The position numbers were made by a program, and so were the translations under genes. A DNA stretch of 64,000 nucleotides from Demequinaceae bacterium (GTDB lineage: Bacteria; Actinomycetota; Actinomycetes; Actinomycetales; JAJYRW01): assembly GCA_027322505.1 (NCBI GenBank), contig DAHVRJ010000136.1, positions 8,935 through 72,934 on the forward strand, given 5' to 3'. The notes under the pieces were generated by a model. That model saw only the letters and a list, made by a program, of their open reading frames with translations, ran no database searches and had not been told where the DNA came from. Below, piece by piece: positions 33,140 to 42,451 of this stretch. Positions within the stretch are counted from its first letter, which is position 1; each line of letters starts with the position of its first letter.

Positions 33140-34066
33140 GTGTCACGTTCACCCCTTACGCTCGCTGCTCTGGCCACCGCGGCCATTCCCGCTCTCGCTC
33201 CGGTCGATGCGCGCGCAGTGCCCGGGCCGCTGGGTACTGATGCGGCAAAAATTGTGGACGACGCCGGGCGCCACTGGCTCATAATCGCACCTCAGCATGC
33301 GGCTGCTGGGGCGGCTTTAGATGCTGAGGCGGCGCTCCTGGAGCGGTTGGGGCAGGAAGCGACGGCCGGAAATCTTCCTTTTGCCGTGCTTGAGCCACGC
33401 GGCTGGTCGCCGCTGCCCGAGGGGGGACGGGCCTGTATCTATCAGGCACCGCAGGGGCGGGAATTGCACTACGGGCAGCTGGAACCGCGCGGGCAACTTG
33501 CGCGGAATTTAGGGGCGATGCTGGGCAAAATTCATGAGCTTTCCCCAAAGATTGCCGAAGATTTGAGTTTGCCTACCTATGACAGTGAGGAATATCGCAC
33601 CCGGCAACTAGTGGAGCTTGATGAGGCGGCTCGCACCGGTCATGTGCCAACCAACCTTTTGCGCCGCTGGGAGCGGGCGCTGGAAAATGTGGCGTTGTGG
33701 CGCTTTTCGAGTGTGATGACGCACGGAGATTTGGCGCAAGAATTGGTTTTAGTGGCAGATCAAAGCGTGGCCACGGTACTGGGTTGGAGTAGAGCCCGCG
33801 TGGCTGATCCCGCCGATGATTTGGCGTGGCTTTTGACCGCACTACCCGAAGACATCACGGACACGATTGTGGAAACGTATGCGCTGTCCCGCTCGGAAGA
33901 GCCGGACCCGCACTTGCAAACGCGGGCAATTTTGGCCGGGGAGTTCGCCGTTGCGCGGTGGCTCCTATACGGCGTGCGCAATGACGATTCTGAGGTCGTC
34001 GCCGACGCGGTTGAGATGCTGCGGGACCTAGAAGCTGACTTGGGCGATGAGCCGCTCGAACTGTAG
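33140..34066 (+). CDS. Phosphotransferase (aminoglycoside/choline kinase-like fold)
   Basis: VMTHGDLAQELVLV is the catalytic-loop HGD pattern, with downstream WSRARVADPADDLAWL. Confidence 0.7.
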   Translation: MSRSPLTLAALATAAIPALAPVDARAVPGPLGTDAAKIVDDAGRHWLIIAPQHAAAGAALDAEAALLERLGQEATAGNLPFAVLEPRGWSPLPEGGRACIYQAPQGRELHYGQLEPRGQLARNLGAMLGKIHELSPKIAEDLSLPTYDSEEYRTRQLVELDEAARTGHVPTNLLRRWERALENVALWRFSSVMTHGDLAQELVLVADQSVATVLGWSRARVADPADDLAWLLTALPEDITDTIVETYALSRSEEPDPHLQTRAILAGEFAVARWLLYGVRNDDSEVVADAVEMLRDLEADLGDEPLEL

Positions 34067-34146
34067 ACGGAACGGGCACCTGCGGGCGACCTGTAGGCGG
34101 AACGGGGACCCGCGCGACCTGTAGGCGGAACGGGGCCCCGCGCGGG
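34061..34146. repeat. Three tandem 28-30 bp repeats CTGTAGGCGGAACGGGGNCCCGCGCGAC
   Basis: Copies at 34061-34090, 34091-34118 and 34119-34146. The first copy starts inside the last codons of the phosphotransferase gene. Lies between convergent genes. Confidence 0.8.
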
Positions 34147-34181
34147 GGCAGGGACGTTCCAGATATCGCCGCGCACCGGCC

Positions 34182-37100
34182 TTAAGCGAATGTAAGTTTC
34201 CCGCCCGGGGCTTGCCGGGCGAGGGTTTCAGCGATCTGGGCATCGGTGAGTTCAAGTGCTGGCACTTCGGTTATTCCCTGCGGCAGGACGTGCACGAATA
34301 CGGCGTCGACATCTTCCAGCGGGGCGCCGTGGAGCCTGGCCCAGGCCAGTCGGTAGATCGCTAGTTGAACTGAGCGCTCTTGATGGGCGCTGGAGCCGAT
34401 TTTTGGTGGCGCTCCCGTTTTCCAGTCGACGATCAAGATCCGGCCATCGGGTTCTTCAAAAACTGCGTCGATCCGGCAGCGAATAGTGGTATTTGCCACG
34501 GGAGTGTCAATATCGATCTCTAACCCGATGGGTTGGCGCTGGGCCCACTTGGACTGCGAGAAAACCTCTTTCAGGGCTTCCAGATCCGTGTCGCTGGTTG
34601 CGGTCTGAGAGCCGGGCAGGTCATCAAGGTCGACCAGTACCGGAGTGCCATATAGCTGCTCGACCCAGGTGTGAAAGGCCGTGCCCAGTCGCGAACGGGT
34701 GGTGGGTTGTTGCGGGATGGGGCGGCGGCGCAGGAGCGCGAACTTGTGCGGATCTTCCATGAGGGAAACCAGGCCGGAGGCAGAAAGATGGTCGGGCAAG
34801 TCCACCGCCCGCTCGGGCGCGGAATCGCAGTTAGCTTCGGCCAGGAGTAGATCGGCGTGACGGTGCCAGGTTGCTATTTCCTCGCTGGGCGCATCATCGG
34901 GCGTGAGACTTAGCCCGTGTCCGGCGGCAATACGCCTTTGGACGCGCTGCGCCGAGGCGATAATTTGCTCTGTGCGTTCAGTACTTGGGGCTTCGGGCCA
35001 AGAAGCAGTGTTTTCGACCTCGAGATCGGGGTTGGTTTCGTTCTCCGGCTGGCTGGCCAGGGGGTCCGAAATTAGACCGCCCTGTACGAGTGCCGTTAAG
35101 AACCGGGAGGGGCGAGCCGGTGTTTTTCGGCCACTGCGCCACCACGACCCCGTCAAAAGCAACCGGTGCCGGGCCCGGGTGAAAGCGACGTATGCCAAGC
35201 GGCGTTCTTCAGAAATTCGGTGGTCGCCGGCCGCAATTTTGAAATCGGCTACGGCCGCACTGAATTGATCCATATCGGCCGCGCCGTCGCCCGCAAAAAC
35301 GGGCAGGCCCTCGGCATCACCGCGCAGTTCATAGGGCAGTTCTTGCCGGTCTGTCAGCCATCCGACATCTTCGACGGGTTTTTCGGGGTCTTTCGGAACG
35401 CGGCAAGAGGGAAAGACGCCCTCAACCAGCCCGGAAACTGCCACAACATCCCATTCCAAGCCCTTAGCCGCGTGAATTGTTAGCAGCTGGACGGCATCGG
35501 CGGACGGGTCGACATTGGTGACCGGTAGGCCTCGCTCTTCTTGGCTTGCTACCTCGAGCCACTCGAGGAATGCGCCCAAGGTGACCGGCGCCCCGGTCCC
35601 GCCGGTTGATTCATACTGCGCAGCGACCGCCCGGAACTGTTCTAAGTGGTGTAGCGCTTGGGCGGAGCGGGTTGGGTCAATGGCGAACTCGATGTCAAAA
35701 AGCAAGGCCCGCTCCACTTCGGCCACGAGCTCGACCAGGCGTAAACCAGTGCGGGTGCGCAGTTGGCGCAGTTGCTGGCCAAACTCTTTAAAGCGTTCTT
35801 GGCCGGCCGAGGAAATATCTAAACCATCGGGCCAAACGTCGCGGTCGGCCAGTTCATCTAGCGCATCGATAATGCTGCGCTCATCGCGCGCCGCACCGGC
35901 GATTTTTCGCGACCATCGCGCCAGGCCGTGTAGATCGCGAATGCCAAATTGCCAGCGGGGATTCGTCAGCAGGCGAATAAGCGCATCGCCTCGGGAGGGG
36001 TCGTGAACTGCTTGGAGCATTGCCACCACATCGCTGACTTCTGGCGTGTCTAACAGGCCGCCCAGTCCCACGATTTCTACCGGCACATCGGCGGCCGTCA
36101 GGGCAGCAGCGATGGAATCAAATTGGCTGCGAACACGGCACAGCACGGCTGCCGAGACGGGTTTTGATTTCGGGTTCGTATTCGTTCCGCGGTGGTGCGC
36201 CATAAATTCGGCAATCTTTTGCGCTTCCAACTCGCTGGTCTCGACAAACGCGGCGCGGACTTCTCCCGCTCCCGCGTTAGGGCGGGCTTGGAGTTTCTTG
36301 ACCTGCACGTCGCTGGTCTCAGCCGCTGCGATGGCGCCCGAAGTTGGGGTAGGCACCGCACCCGCGTCGCTGGCCTGCAGCGGCGCGGCCGTGCGGTTGG
36401 CGACTTTAAGGATCTCCTGATCGTTGCGCCACGCAATCGACAGGTTGGTGTGGGTAGCGGGTCGGGGCTCCCCGGTTTCTTTATCCACAGCCGGAAACAC
36501 CTGCGGGAAGCGCAGTAGAGCACCCGAACTTGCGCCACGCCATCCATAAATCGCCTGATACGGATCACCCACGGCCGTCACGGCGTGTCCCGCGCCAAAA
36601 AGCCCGGACAGTAGTGTGACCTGCGCGTGGGATGTGTCTTGGTACTCATCAAGCAGCACGGCTTGGAAGCGTTCCCGCTCCCGGGCCCCAATCTGCTCAT
36701 CCTGCTGCACCAGCTGGGCGATAAGCGCAACCTGGTCGGCGAAATCCACGAGGTTATCGCTGCGCTTGCGTGCAATATATTGCTCCACCAGCGGAATAAG
36801 ACTAGTTCGTTGCCGCCAGTTGTCTCGAATCCGCTTCTCAGGGCTGCGCATCTTTTTCTCGCCGGCCAATATCTCGAGTTGATCGGCTTGGGAATGCAAA
36901 TAATCGGCTACTTCAAACGGCTCGATCAGATGCTCGGCGCAGGAGCCGGCAAGCTTGATTACCGCGTTTATGACAGTCGATGCGGCCATCGGTACTTGCA
37001 GATCATCGGGCCAGCTCGTGACAATCTCGTGCACGAGTTGCCACTGCCCCGCCTCGGAGAGCGTGATGGAATCCGGTTCGATTCCCAAGCGCAGGGCGTG

Positions 37101-37541
37101 TTCCGAGGCAAGCCGCGCCGCATAGGAGTTATAGGTAGTTACGGTTGGCGTTGCGAGCGCTCGTTCATGGGGCATCAGGTTATCGCGCATCAAACCTGCT
37201 TGCCGCAGCTGCCGGAGCCGAGATCGGACCCGATCAGCAAGTTCACCGGCCGCCTTGCGAGTGAAGGTCAGACCCAGTATTTGCTCCGGCGCCACGTGCC
37301 TATTGGCCACCAGCCACACCACGCGTGCGGCCATTGTTTCGGTCTTGCCCGAACCAGCGCCGGCAACGACTAAAAGCGGCTCATCCGGGGCAGCCTCGAT
37401 CACTGCAACTTGCTCATCAGTGGGCGGTGGCTGGCGCAGCTGGCGGGCGATTTCGCGCGCCGAGAGCGCGGGCGCTGCTTGCACGGGCAGCGCGGACCCT
37501 TCTTGCGCTGACTGTGACGGAGGTTGCGACGGATTGAGCAT
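34182..37541 (-). CDS. adnB: ATP-dependent helicase-nuclease subunit AdnB
   Basis: AGAGSGKTETM, LLDEYQDTS and IHAAKGLEW, plus a C-terminal RecB-type nuclease IDAVFEEPDGRILIVDWKTG. I prefer the ATG at 37541 (TAATG junction with the adnA stop). The track ORF extends to 37595. Confidence 0.85.
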   Translation of the reverse strand: MLNPSQPPSQSAQEGSALPVQAAPALSAREIARQLRQPPPTDEQVAVIEAAPDEPLLVVAGAGSGKTETMAARVVWLVANRHVAPEQILGLTFTRKAAGELADRVRSRLRQLRQAGLMRDNLMPHERALATPTVTTYNSYAARLASEHALRLGIEPDSITLSEAGQWQLVHEIVTSWPDDLQVPMAASTVINAVIKLAGSCAEHLIEPFEVADYLHSQADQLEILAGEKKMRSPEKRIRDNWRQRTSLIPLVEQYIARKRSDNLVDFADQVALIAQLVQQDEQIGARERERFQAVLLDEYQDTSHAQVTLLSGLFGAGHAVTAVGDPYQAIYGWRGASSGALLRFPQVFPAVDKETGEPRPATHTNLSIAWRNDQEILKVANRTAAPLQASDAGAVPTPTSGAIAAAETSDVQVKKLQARPNAGAGEVRAAFVETSELEAQKIAEFMAHHRGTNTNPKSKPVSAAVLCRVRSQFDSIAAALTAADVPVEIVGLGGLLDTPEVSDVVAMLQAVHDPSRGDALIRLLTNPRWQFGIRDLHGLARWSRKIAGAARDERSIIDALDELADRDVWPDGLDISSAGQERFKEFGQQLRQLRTRTGLRLVELVAEVERALLFDIEFAIDPTRSAQALHHLEQFRAVAAQYESTGGTGAPVTLGAFLEWLEVASQEERGLPVTNVDPSADAVQLLTIHAAKGLEWDVVAVSGLVEGVFPSCRVPKDPEKPVEDVGWLTDRQELPYELRGDAEGLPVFAGDGAADMDQFSAAVADFKIAAGDHRISEERRLAYVAFTRARHRLLLTGSWWRSGRKTPARPSRFLTALVQGGLISDPLASQPENETNPDLEVENTASWPEAPSTERTEQIIASAQRVQRRIAAGHGLSLTPDDAPSEEIATWHRHADLLLAEANCDSAPERAVDLPDHLSASGLVSLMEDPHKFALLRRRPIPQQPTTRSRLGTAFHTWVEQLYGTPVLVDLDDLPGSQTATSDTDLEALKEVFSQSKWAQRQPIGLEIDIDTPVANTTIRCRIDAVFEEPDGRILIVDWKTGAPPKIGSSAHQERSVQLAIYRLAWARLHGAPLEDVDAVFVHVLPQGITEVPALELTDAQIAETLARQAPGGKLTFA

Positions 37542-40500
37542 TAAAGAACTCGTCCCCCTTCGTTCTGTAATGGGCAACTGCGTCGAACTGGGCAACTGCG
37601 ACAGCCCGGATTTTCCCGCGCTAGAAAAGTGGAACCGGCCATCTGCTCGGCCGTTTCCGTGACGCGCTTGTGCACCCAGTGCGGGTCTTCGTCCTCAGCC
37701 AGCGCTAATTGCGAAAACTGCTTATACCCCTTGTTTGGATCGCTGACATACACCAGCGCCGCACCTGCAGACTGACGCTCGGAGCCCGCGAAACGACCCT
37801 CTTGGACTGCCAGTTGATATATACCCAGCTGCGAGTGGCGCGGGATCTCATCCTTGTCGGCATAGCTACCGGTTTTAAAATCAACGACGCGCAGGGCCCC
37901 ACTGTCGGTGCGTTCGATCCGGTCCGCGACGCCGGTAATACGGGCGCGCCCGACCTCGAGTTCGAATTTTTCTTCCACCGACACCACCGAGCGGCCCTCG
38001 GCGATGTACTGGGCTAGGCGCTGAACCGATCTTTCCACTTCGGCGCGCTTCACAATGCCCACCCAGCCCGTCGGTAAGCCCAAACTGGGCCACTTCTCAT
38101 CCAATCGGGCCAGAAGCTGGGCTTCGGTTCCATCGAAAAGTTCTGCCGCTAACTCGTGGATGAGGTTTCCCACATCCTGTTGGATCGTGGCGGGGCGGGT
38201 GCCTCCAGCCTGTTCCAAGGCCCAACGCAGCGGACAGGTGATGAATGAATCCAAGCGGGAGGGAGACATGTACACCGGCTCGGAGGCATCTGCGAGCGGG
38301 GCGGTCGTGGTCAGTTGGGCGGTTCCGTTCCATGACTGGGGATTGGCGCCGGCAACTTCGTGTCGGGCCAAGAACGCTAATAGGTCTTCGGCCGCCGCTT
38401 GCCGCTGTGGATCTTGTTCATCAAGCGACGCCCGACGCAATACCGCCACCAGTTCGCGCAAGCTGACCGGTACGCGATTGGGATCCCCCATGCCTACCGC
38501 TTCGGTGACTGGCACGTCGCCGCTTTGTAGCACGTCAATGAACGCCGAAGGCAACAAATCGGCATCCGGGTCTGCAACTGCGCTGACCAGCAAGCGGCTG
38601 CGGGCACGGGAGATAGCCAATAAAAACGAACGGGCCTCATCATGCAGTACCTCGCGCCGTGCCGCTGCAAAGTCGCGCTCTAACCCGTGCGCTCGGCCCG
38701 TGAGGACCTCGGTTAAACGCTGGGCACCCAGGACGGTATCGCGCAGGCGCACATCGGGCCACACATCGGCTTGAACAGACAAGATGCAAACGAAGTCCCA
38801 GCGGTTTCCGGCTGCTGCGGCCGGCGTGAGGACGGCCACGCCCTCTTGACCGGTGGCTCGCGCGGCCAGCGAGTCAGCAGGCAGGCTTTCTGATCGGATC
38901 TGGCGGATAAATGCTGCAATGCTGGCGCCCGGCATGCGCTCAACGAAGCGTCCGGCCGCCGCAAAGAGGGCCAGCACCGCATCCAGGTCCCGGTCTGCTT
39001 GGCGCCCGGCAATTGCGCCAGCAATCGCTTGGTCTTGCCAAATTCGGGCCAGGCCCGTGGCGTCCCACGCCGCCCACAACACGCTTTCGACGTTGGCGAG
39101 CCGGTCTTCGGCTGCGGCCCGCGCAGCCTGCAACATGGTGGCCACGCGCGTGACGGGGCGCCGAATACTGGCCGGCAAAGAAATGGCCACCGCCGAACTC
39201 ATTAGATCAACGAGTGCCTCATCAACGGATTGCGCCATGGACTCGTGGCGCAGAAAGTTCCACAGGGCCCGGCGCAACCGCCGCAACTCAACTGAATCCA
39301 ACCCGCCCACCGGTGAGCGCAGCAACGCCAGCACATCAGGAGGCTCCAGCTTGGCCGTTACCGCATATTCCAAAGCCATCAAAAGTGGTTGGACGGCGGG
39401 TTCGGCGCGCAATAGCACCTCCGCCGTTTCATCCAAGATAGGAACACCGTGCTCCAAAAGTCCGCGGCGCACCTCATCGGCTTGGGCCCCCGAGCGCACA
39501 ATCACCGCCATTTGGCGCCAATCCAGTCCGTCCACCACGTGCGCGCGCCGTAATTCATAAGCCGCATGTGAAATTTCCCGCGCGGGAGAATTGGCAATTG
39601 CTACCTGCGCCGCCGGCGGCACAGCGCCGCGACTGGAACCCAAGGTGCTGTCGTCATTTACTTCAACAGCGCTGGCGGCAACGTCGGAAGCGCTTGCACC
39701 TACCTCGACAGCGCTGGCAGCCTTGCGATGATCCACCAGACCAATTGAGCCGATCACCGGAGTTATTAGCTGGGTAACCCGGCGCAGCTGCGGAGTTTGG
39801 CCCCAGACCTGTTCCAATACGATGTGCTGCGCGCCAAACGCACCCAATTCGCTGCCGCGCGGCTGCATCGCGCGCGCCAGCAGCGCAGGTTGGGCTCCGC
39901 GGAACGTTTGTACAGCCACATCGGGGTCACCAAAAAGCAAAAGCTCCGCCCCGGAACTTTGCATGACATCTAGCAGCCGCACCGTAGCGGCGGTTGCCTC
40001 CTGATAGTCATCGACGATCACCGTCTTCCAGCGCGGGGGCGGCGGCAACGGACCCGTAGGGTCCTGCGCGTAGTCCTCCTCCCACATCGCCAGTAGATTC
40101 GTGGCCGAATCGACAATTCCGGCCGCGTCAAAGCGCTGCCCCGCATCGGGGGTGGACCAGCGCTGGGATGTGACGTTCAAGTACTCGCTATAAACCATTC
40201 CACCGGCGATCCATGGTTGATAAGAATGGCGCTCCCCCAACGCAATGAGCTCTTCGGGCGCAAGTCCATATTCGGCAGCGCGCATAAGTAAATCCCGCAG
40301 CTCAGCGCGGAAACCGGTAAGACGCAACGACTGCGTTGGCAAGGAGTCGGGCCACGGCGGGCGAACGCCCTCGCCCGCTAAATGCCCTTCAATCAGCTCC
40401 GCCAAGACCGCGTCCTGTTCCGGCCCGGATACCAAGACTGGCGGCGGTTCATTGTTGGCAACCGCCCACGCCCGCACAATCGCAAACGCGGTCGAAGCCG

Positions 40501-40732
40501 CACTGCGCGCCGGTGGCTGAGATGAAGTGCGTTTTAGGCGGGCAGAAAGATCTTGGCGCATCTGCGCCGCAGCGGTGCGGGAGGCAGAAATCACCAGCAC
40601 GTCATCAGCAGCAAACCCCGCCTCTACCCGCCGGGCAGCCATCTCGCGTGCCAGCGTTGTGCGTCCGCTGCCGGGCGCACCCGAAACCAGCACGGCCGAC
40701 GATGCCCGGTAGGGCCGGTCCAAAATACTCAC
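37541..40732 (-). CDS. adnA: ATP-dependent helicase-nuclease subunit AdnA
   Basis: SGAPGSGRTT, VIVDDYQEAT, nuclease ADRIERTDSGALRVVDFKTG and C-terminal Cys cluster CRSCPVRRSC. It is the upstream partner of adnB, as in mycobacteria. Confidence 0.85.
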   Translation of the reverse strand: MSILDRPYRASSAVLVSGAPGSGRTTLAREMAARRVEAGFAADDVLVISASRTAAAQMRQDLSARLKRTSSQPPARSAASTAFAIVRAWAVANNEPPPVLVSGPEQDAVLAELIEGHLAGEGVRPPWPDSLPTQSLRLTGFRAELRDLLMRAAEYGLAPEELIALGERHSYQPWIAGGMVYSEYLNVTSQRWSTPDAGQRFDAAGIVDSATNLLAMWEEDYAQDPTGPLPPPPRWKTVIVDDYQEATAATVRLLDVMQSSGAELLLFGDPDVAVQTFRGAQPALLARAMQPRGSELGAFGAQHIVLEQVWGQTPQLRRVTQLITPVIGSIGLVDHRKAASAVEVGASASDVAASAVEVNDDSTLGSSRGAVPPAAQVAIANSPAREISHAAYELRRAHVVDGLDWRQMAVIVRSGAQADEVRRGLLEHGVPILDETAEVLLRAEPAVQPLLMALEYAVTAKLEPPDVLALLRSPVGGLDSVELRRLRRALWNFLRHESMAQSVDEALVDLMSSAVAISLPASIRRPVTRVATMLQAARAAAEDRLANVESVLWAAWDATGLARIWQDQAIAGAIAGRQADRDLDAVLALFAAAGRFVERMPGASIAAFIRQIRSESLPADSLAARATGQEGVAVLTPAAAAGNRWDFVCILSVQADVWPDVRLRDTVLGAQRLTEVLTGRAHGLERDFAAARREVLHDEARSFLLAISRARSRLLVSAVADPDADLLPSAFIDVLQSGDVPVTEAVGMGDPNRVPVSLRELVAVLRRASLDEQDPQRQAAAEDLLAFLARHEVAGANPQSWNGTAQLTTTAPLADASEPVYMSPSRLDSFITCPLRWALEQAGGTRPATIQQDVGNLIHELAAELFDGTEAQLLARLDEKWPSLGLPTGWVGIVKRAEVERSVQRLAQYIAEGRSVVSVEEKFELEVGRARITGVADRIERTDSGALRVVDFKTGSYADKDEIPRHSQLGIYQLAVQEGRFAGSERQSAGAALVYVSDPNKGYKQFSQLALAEDEDPHWVHKRVTETAEQMAGSTFLARENPGCRSCPVRRSCPLQNEGGRVL

Positions 40733-40738
40733 GTATTA

Positions 40739-40761
40739 ATCAGACCACACACCTGTGACAA
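40739..40761 (-). promoter_or_regulatory. Candidate leaderless promoter of adnAB resembling the RecA-independent damage motif
   Basis: The minus strand reads TTGTCACAG-GTGTGTGG-TCTGAT, followed by TAATAC (6 nt) and then the GTG start at 40732. Confidence 0.3.
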
Positions 40762-40831
40762 AACTAATAATGCGCGGGATCCGTAAAGACCAATGAGGCG
40801 CGGGCTCGGCAAGAACCAATGAGACCCGGGA

Positions 40832-41188
40832 TCAGTAAACCGGCACGGAGTCGTCAATGTGCATCGACCAGGCCAAAATCCCGCCGGAGATATTGGAGGC
40901 AGCCACGCCGCGTGCCTGCAAAATCCGCGCCGCCTGGTCGGAGCGGCCGCCTGAGCGACACAGCACCAAAACGTCACGCACATCTGCCAACTCGGCCACT
41001 CGCCGTCCCTCATCAGCAAAAATCTCATCCAGCGGCACGTGCGTGACCTCGGGAAGCTGGGAAATTTGCAATTCGAACGCCTCGCGGACGTCCAAAATAA
41101 GAAAGTCATCCTGCCCCGCTGCGCGCGATTGCAGCCGGTCGGCAACCTCTTGAACCGAAACCTGGGGCGCGGGAACCGACTGCGGCAT
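40832..41188 (-). CDS. Rhodanese-like domain protein
   Basis: FLILDVREAFE and active-site loop LCRSGGRS. Confidence 0.88.
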   Translation of the reverse strand: MPQSVPAPQVSVQEVADRLQSRAAGQDDFLILDVREAFELQISQLPEVTHVPLDEIFADEGRRVAELADVRDVLVLCRSGGRSDQAARILQARGVAASNISGGILAWSMHIDDSVPVY

Positions 41189-41296
41189 ATTTACTCCTAA
41201 TTAAAGGTCCAGATTGAGTTGAAAACTCCAGCGTACGCATCAAACCGATAACAATCACCCTTAAGGGGTTGTAAGAACCTGCCAAAGGGTTCCGAA

Positions 41297-41923
41297 GTGG
41301 TTACGATTCTCCTCATGCCGTCTGCCGCTACCCCCGCTATCAGCCGAATTACTCGGCGCGCGCAAATCATGAACGCCGCGCTGGAAGCATTCGTGCACGA
41401 GGGCTATCACAACACGTCAATGGAGACGATTGCTGAACGCGTCGGAGTTACGAAACCGGTGCTATATCGCCATTTTTCGTCCAAGATGGAGCTGTATCTG
41501 GCGATCGTGGATGCCCAAACAAATGAGCTGGTAACTCACGTCCAGACCGCGCTGGATACACCGGTGAACCACGAGCGGGAACGCGTGCGCGCCGCCTTTG
41601 CCGCCTACTTCAATTACATCGAGGCCGAAGGAGCCGCATTTCGGCTCATCTTCGAATCCGACGTCACAGCCGATGAAGCCCTGCGCGAGCATGTGGAGCG
41701 CTCCAGCCGACTGTGCGCTGGGGAAATCTCACGCCAGTTGCGCGCCGTAGCCGATCTGACCGACGCGCAGGCGCACCTGCTGGCGACCGCGCTGCTGGGC
41801 ATGGCGCAAATCACCGCCCGCACCCGCCTGCGTAATCCCCGGGGAGTGTCATCAAGTGAAGCGATCGATTTGCTGACACAGCTTGCCTGGCGCGGACTGT
41901 CGCACTTCCCCGCTCTAGACTGA
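41297..41923 (+). CDS. TetR/AcrR family transcriptional regulator
   Basis: RRAQIMNAALEAFVHEGYHNTSMETIAERVGVTKPVLYRHFSSKMELY. The start could instead be the ATG at 41315. Confidence 0.88.
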   Translation: MVTILLMPSAATPAISRITRRAQIMNAALEAFVHEGYHNTSMETIAERVGVTKPVLYRHFSSKMELYLAIVDAQTNELVTHVQTALDTPVNHERERVRAAFAAYFNYIEAEGAAFRLIFESDVTADEALREHVERSSRLCAGEISRQLRAVADLTDAQAHLLATALLGMAQITARTRLRNPRGVSSSEAIDLLTQLAWRGLSHFPALD

Positions 41924-41967
41924 CATGCGGTATCTGCACTCCAGTTTTGTAAGAAGGGAAGCCCGAC

Positions 41968-42186
41968 GTGGAAATCACAGTTGGAATCCAGCACGTAAGC
42001 CGCGAACTAACAATCGAAACTGACCTGACTATGGACGACGCCTCTAAGGCTGTGGAAAAGGCGCTCACTGGGAATTCACTCGTCTTGGACGACGTTAAGG
42101 GACGCCGTGTTGTGGTTCCGTCTGCCGCTGTGGCCTATGTGGAACTCGGCTCCGATACCGCGCACCCGGTGGGCTTCTTGCGGTAG
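41968..42186 (+). CDS. DUF3107 family protein
   Basis: MEITVGIQHVSRELTIETD...VVVPSAAVAYVELG. Conserved position between a TetR gene and a DEAD-box helicase gene in actinobacteria. Confidence 0.8.
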   Translation: MEITVGIQHVSRELTIETDLTMDDASKAVEKALTGNSLVLDDVKGRRVVVPSAAVAYVELGSDTAHPVGFLR

Positions 42187-42451
42187 GTTTCCCGTCGGTT
42201 GTTGCGTTAGCGTTCCCGCGTGGATTTCGCACTTTTAATCGCCGGATCGGGCTTTTTCTTGTCTTTCGCGGTATGATGGCCGGTTGTAAGTAAGGCTGAC
42301 CGGTCGTATGACCAAAAAGTTTAGTTGTTTTTTACGCGCACATACCGCGTCGAAATTGCCTAATTCACGATCGGCTGCCCCAGTAGCGCTCCGCCTTCAT
42401 TGCAGACAAACTGCCCGGCGAGGCGCCAGAATCAGATGAGGCAAAGCACTC

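Noticed and set aside
37541-37595. 18-codon 5' extension of adnB overlapping the end of adnA.
   Set aside because: The ATG at 37541 forms a TAATG stop-start junction with adnA, which is typical of coupled subunits, and the extension adds no recognisable motif. I kept it as an alternative start only.
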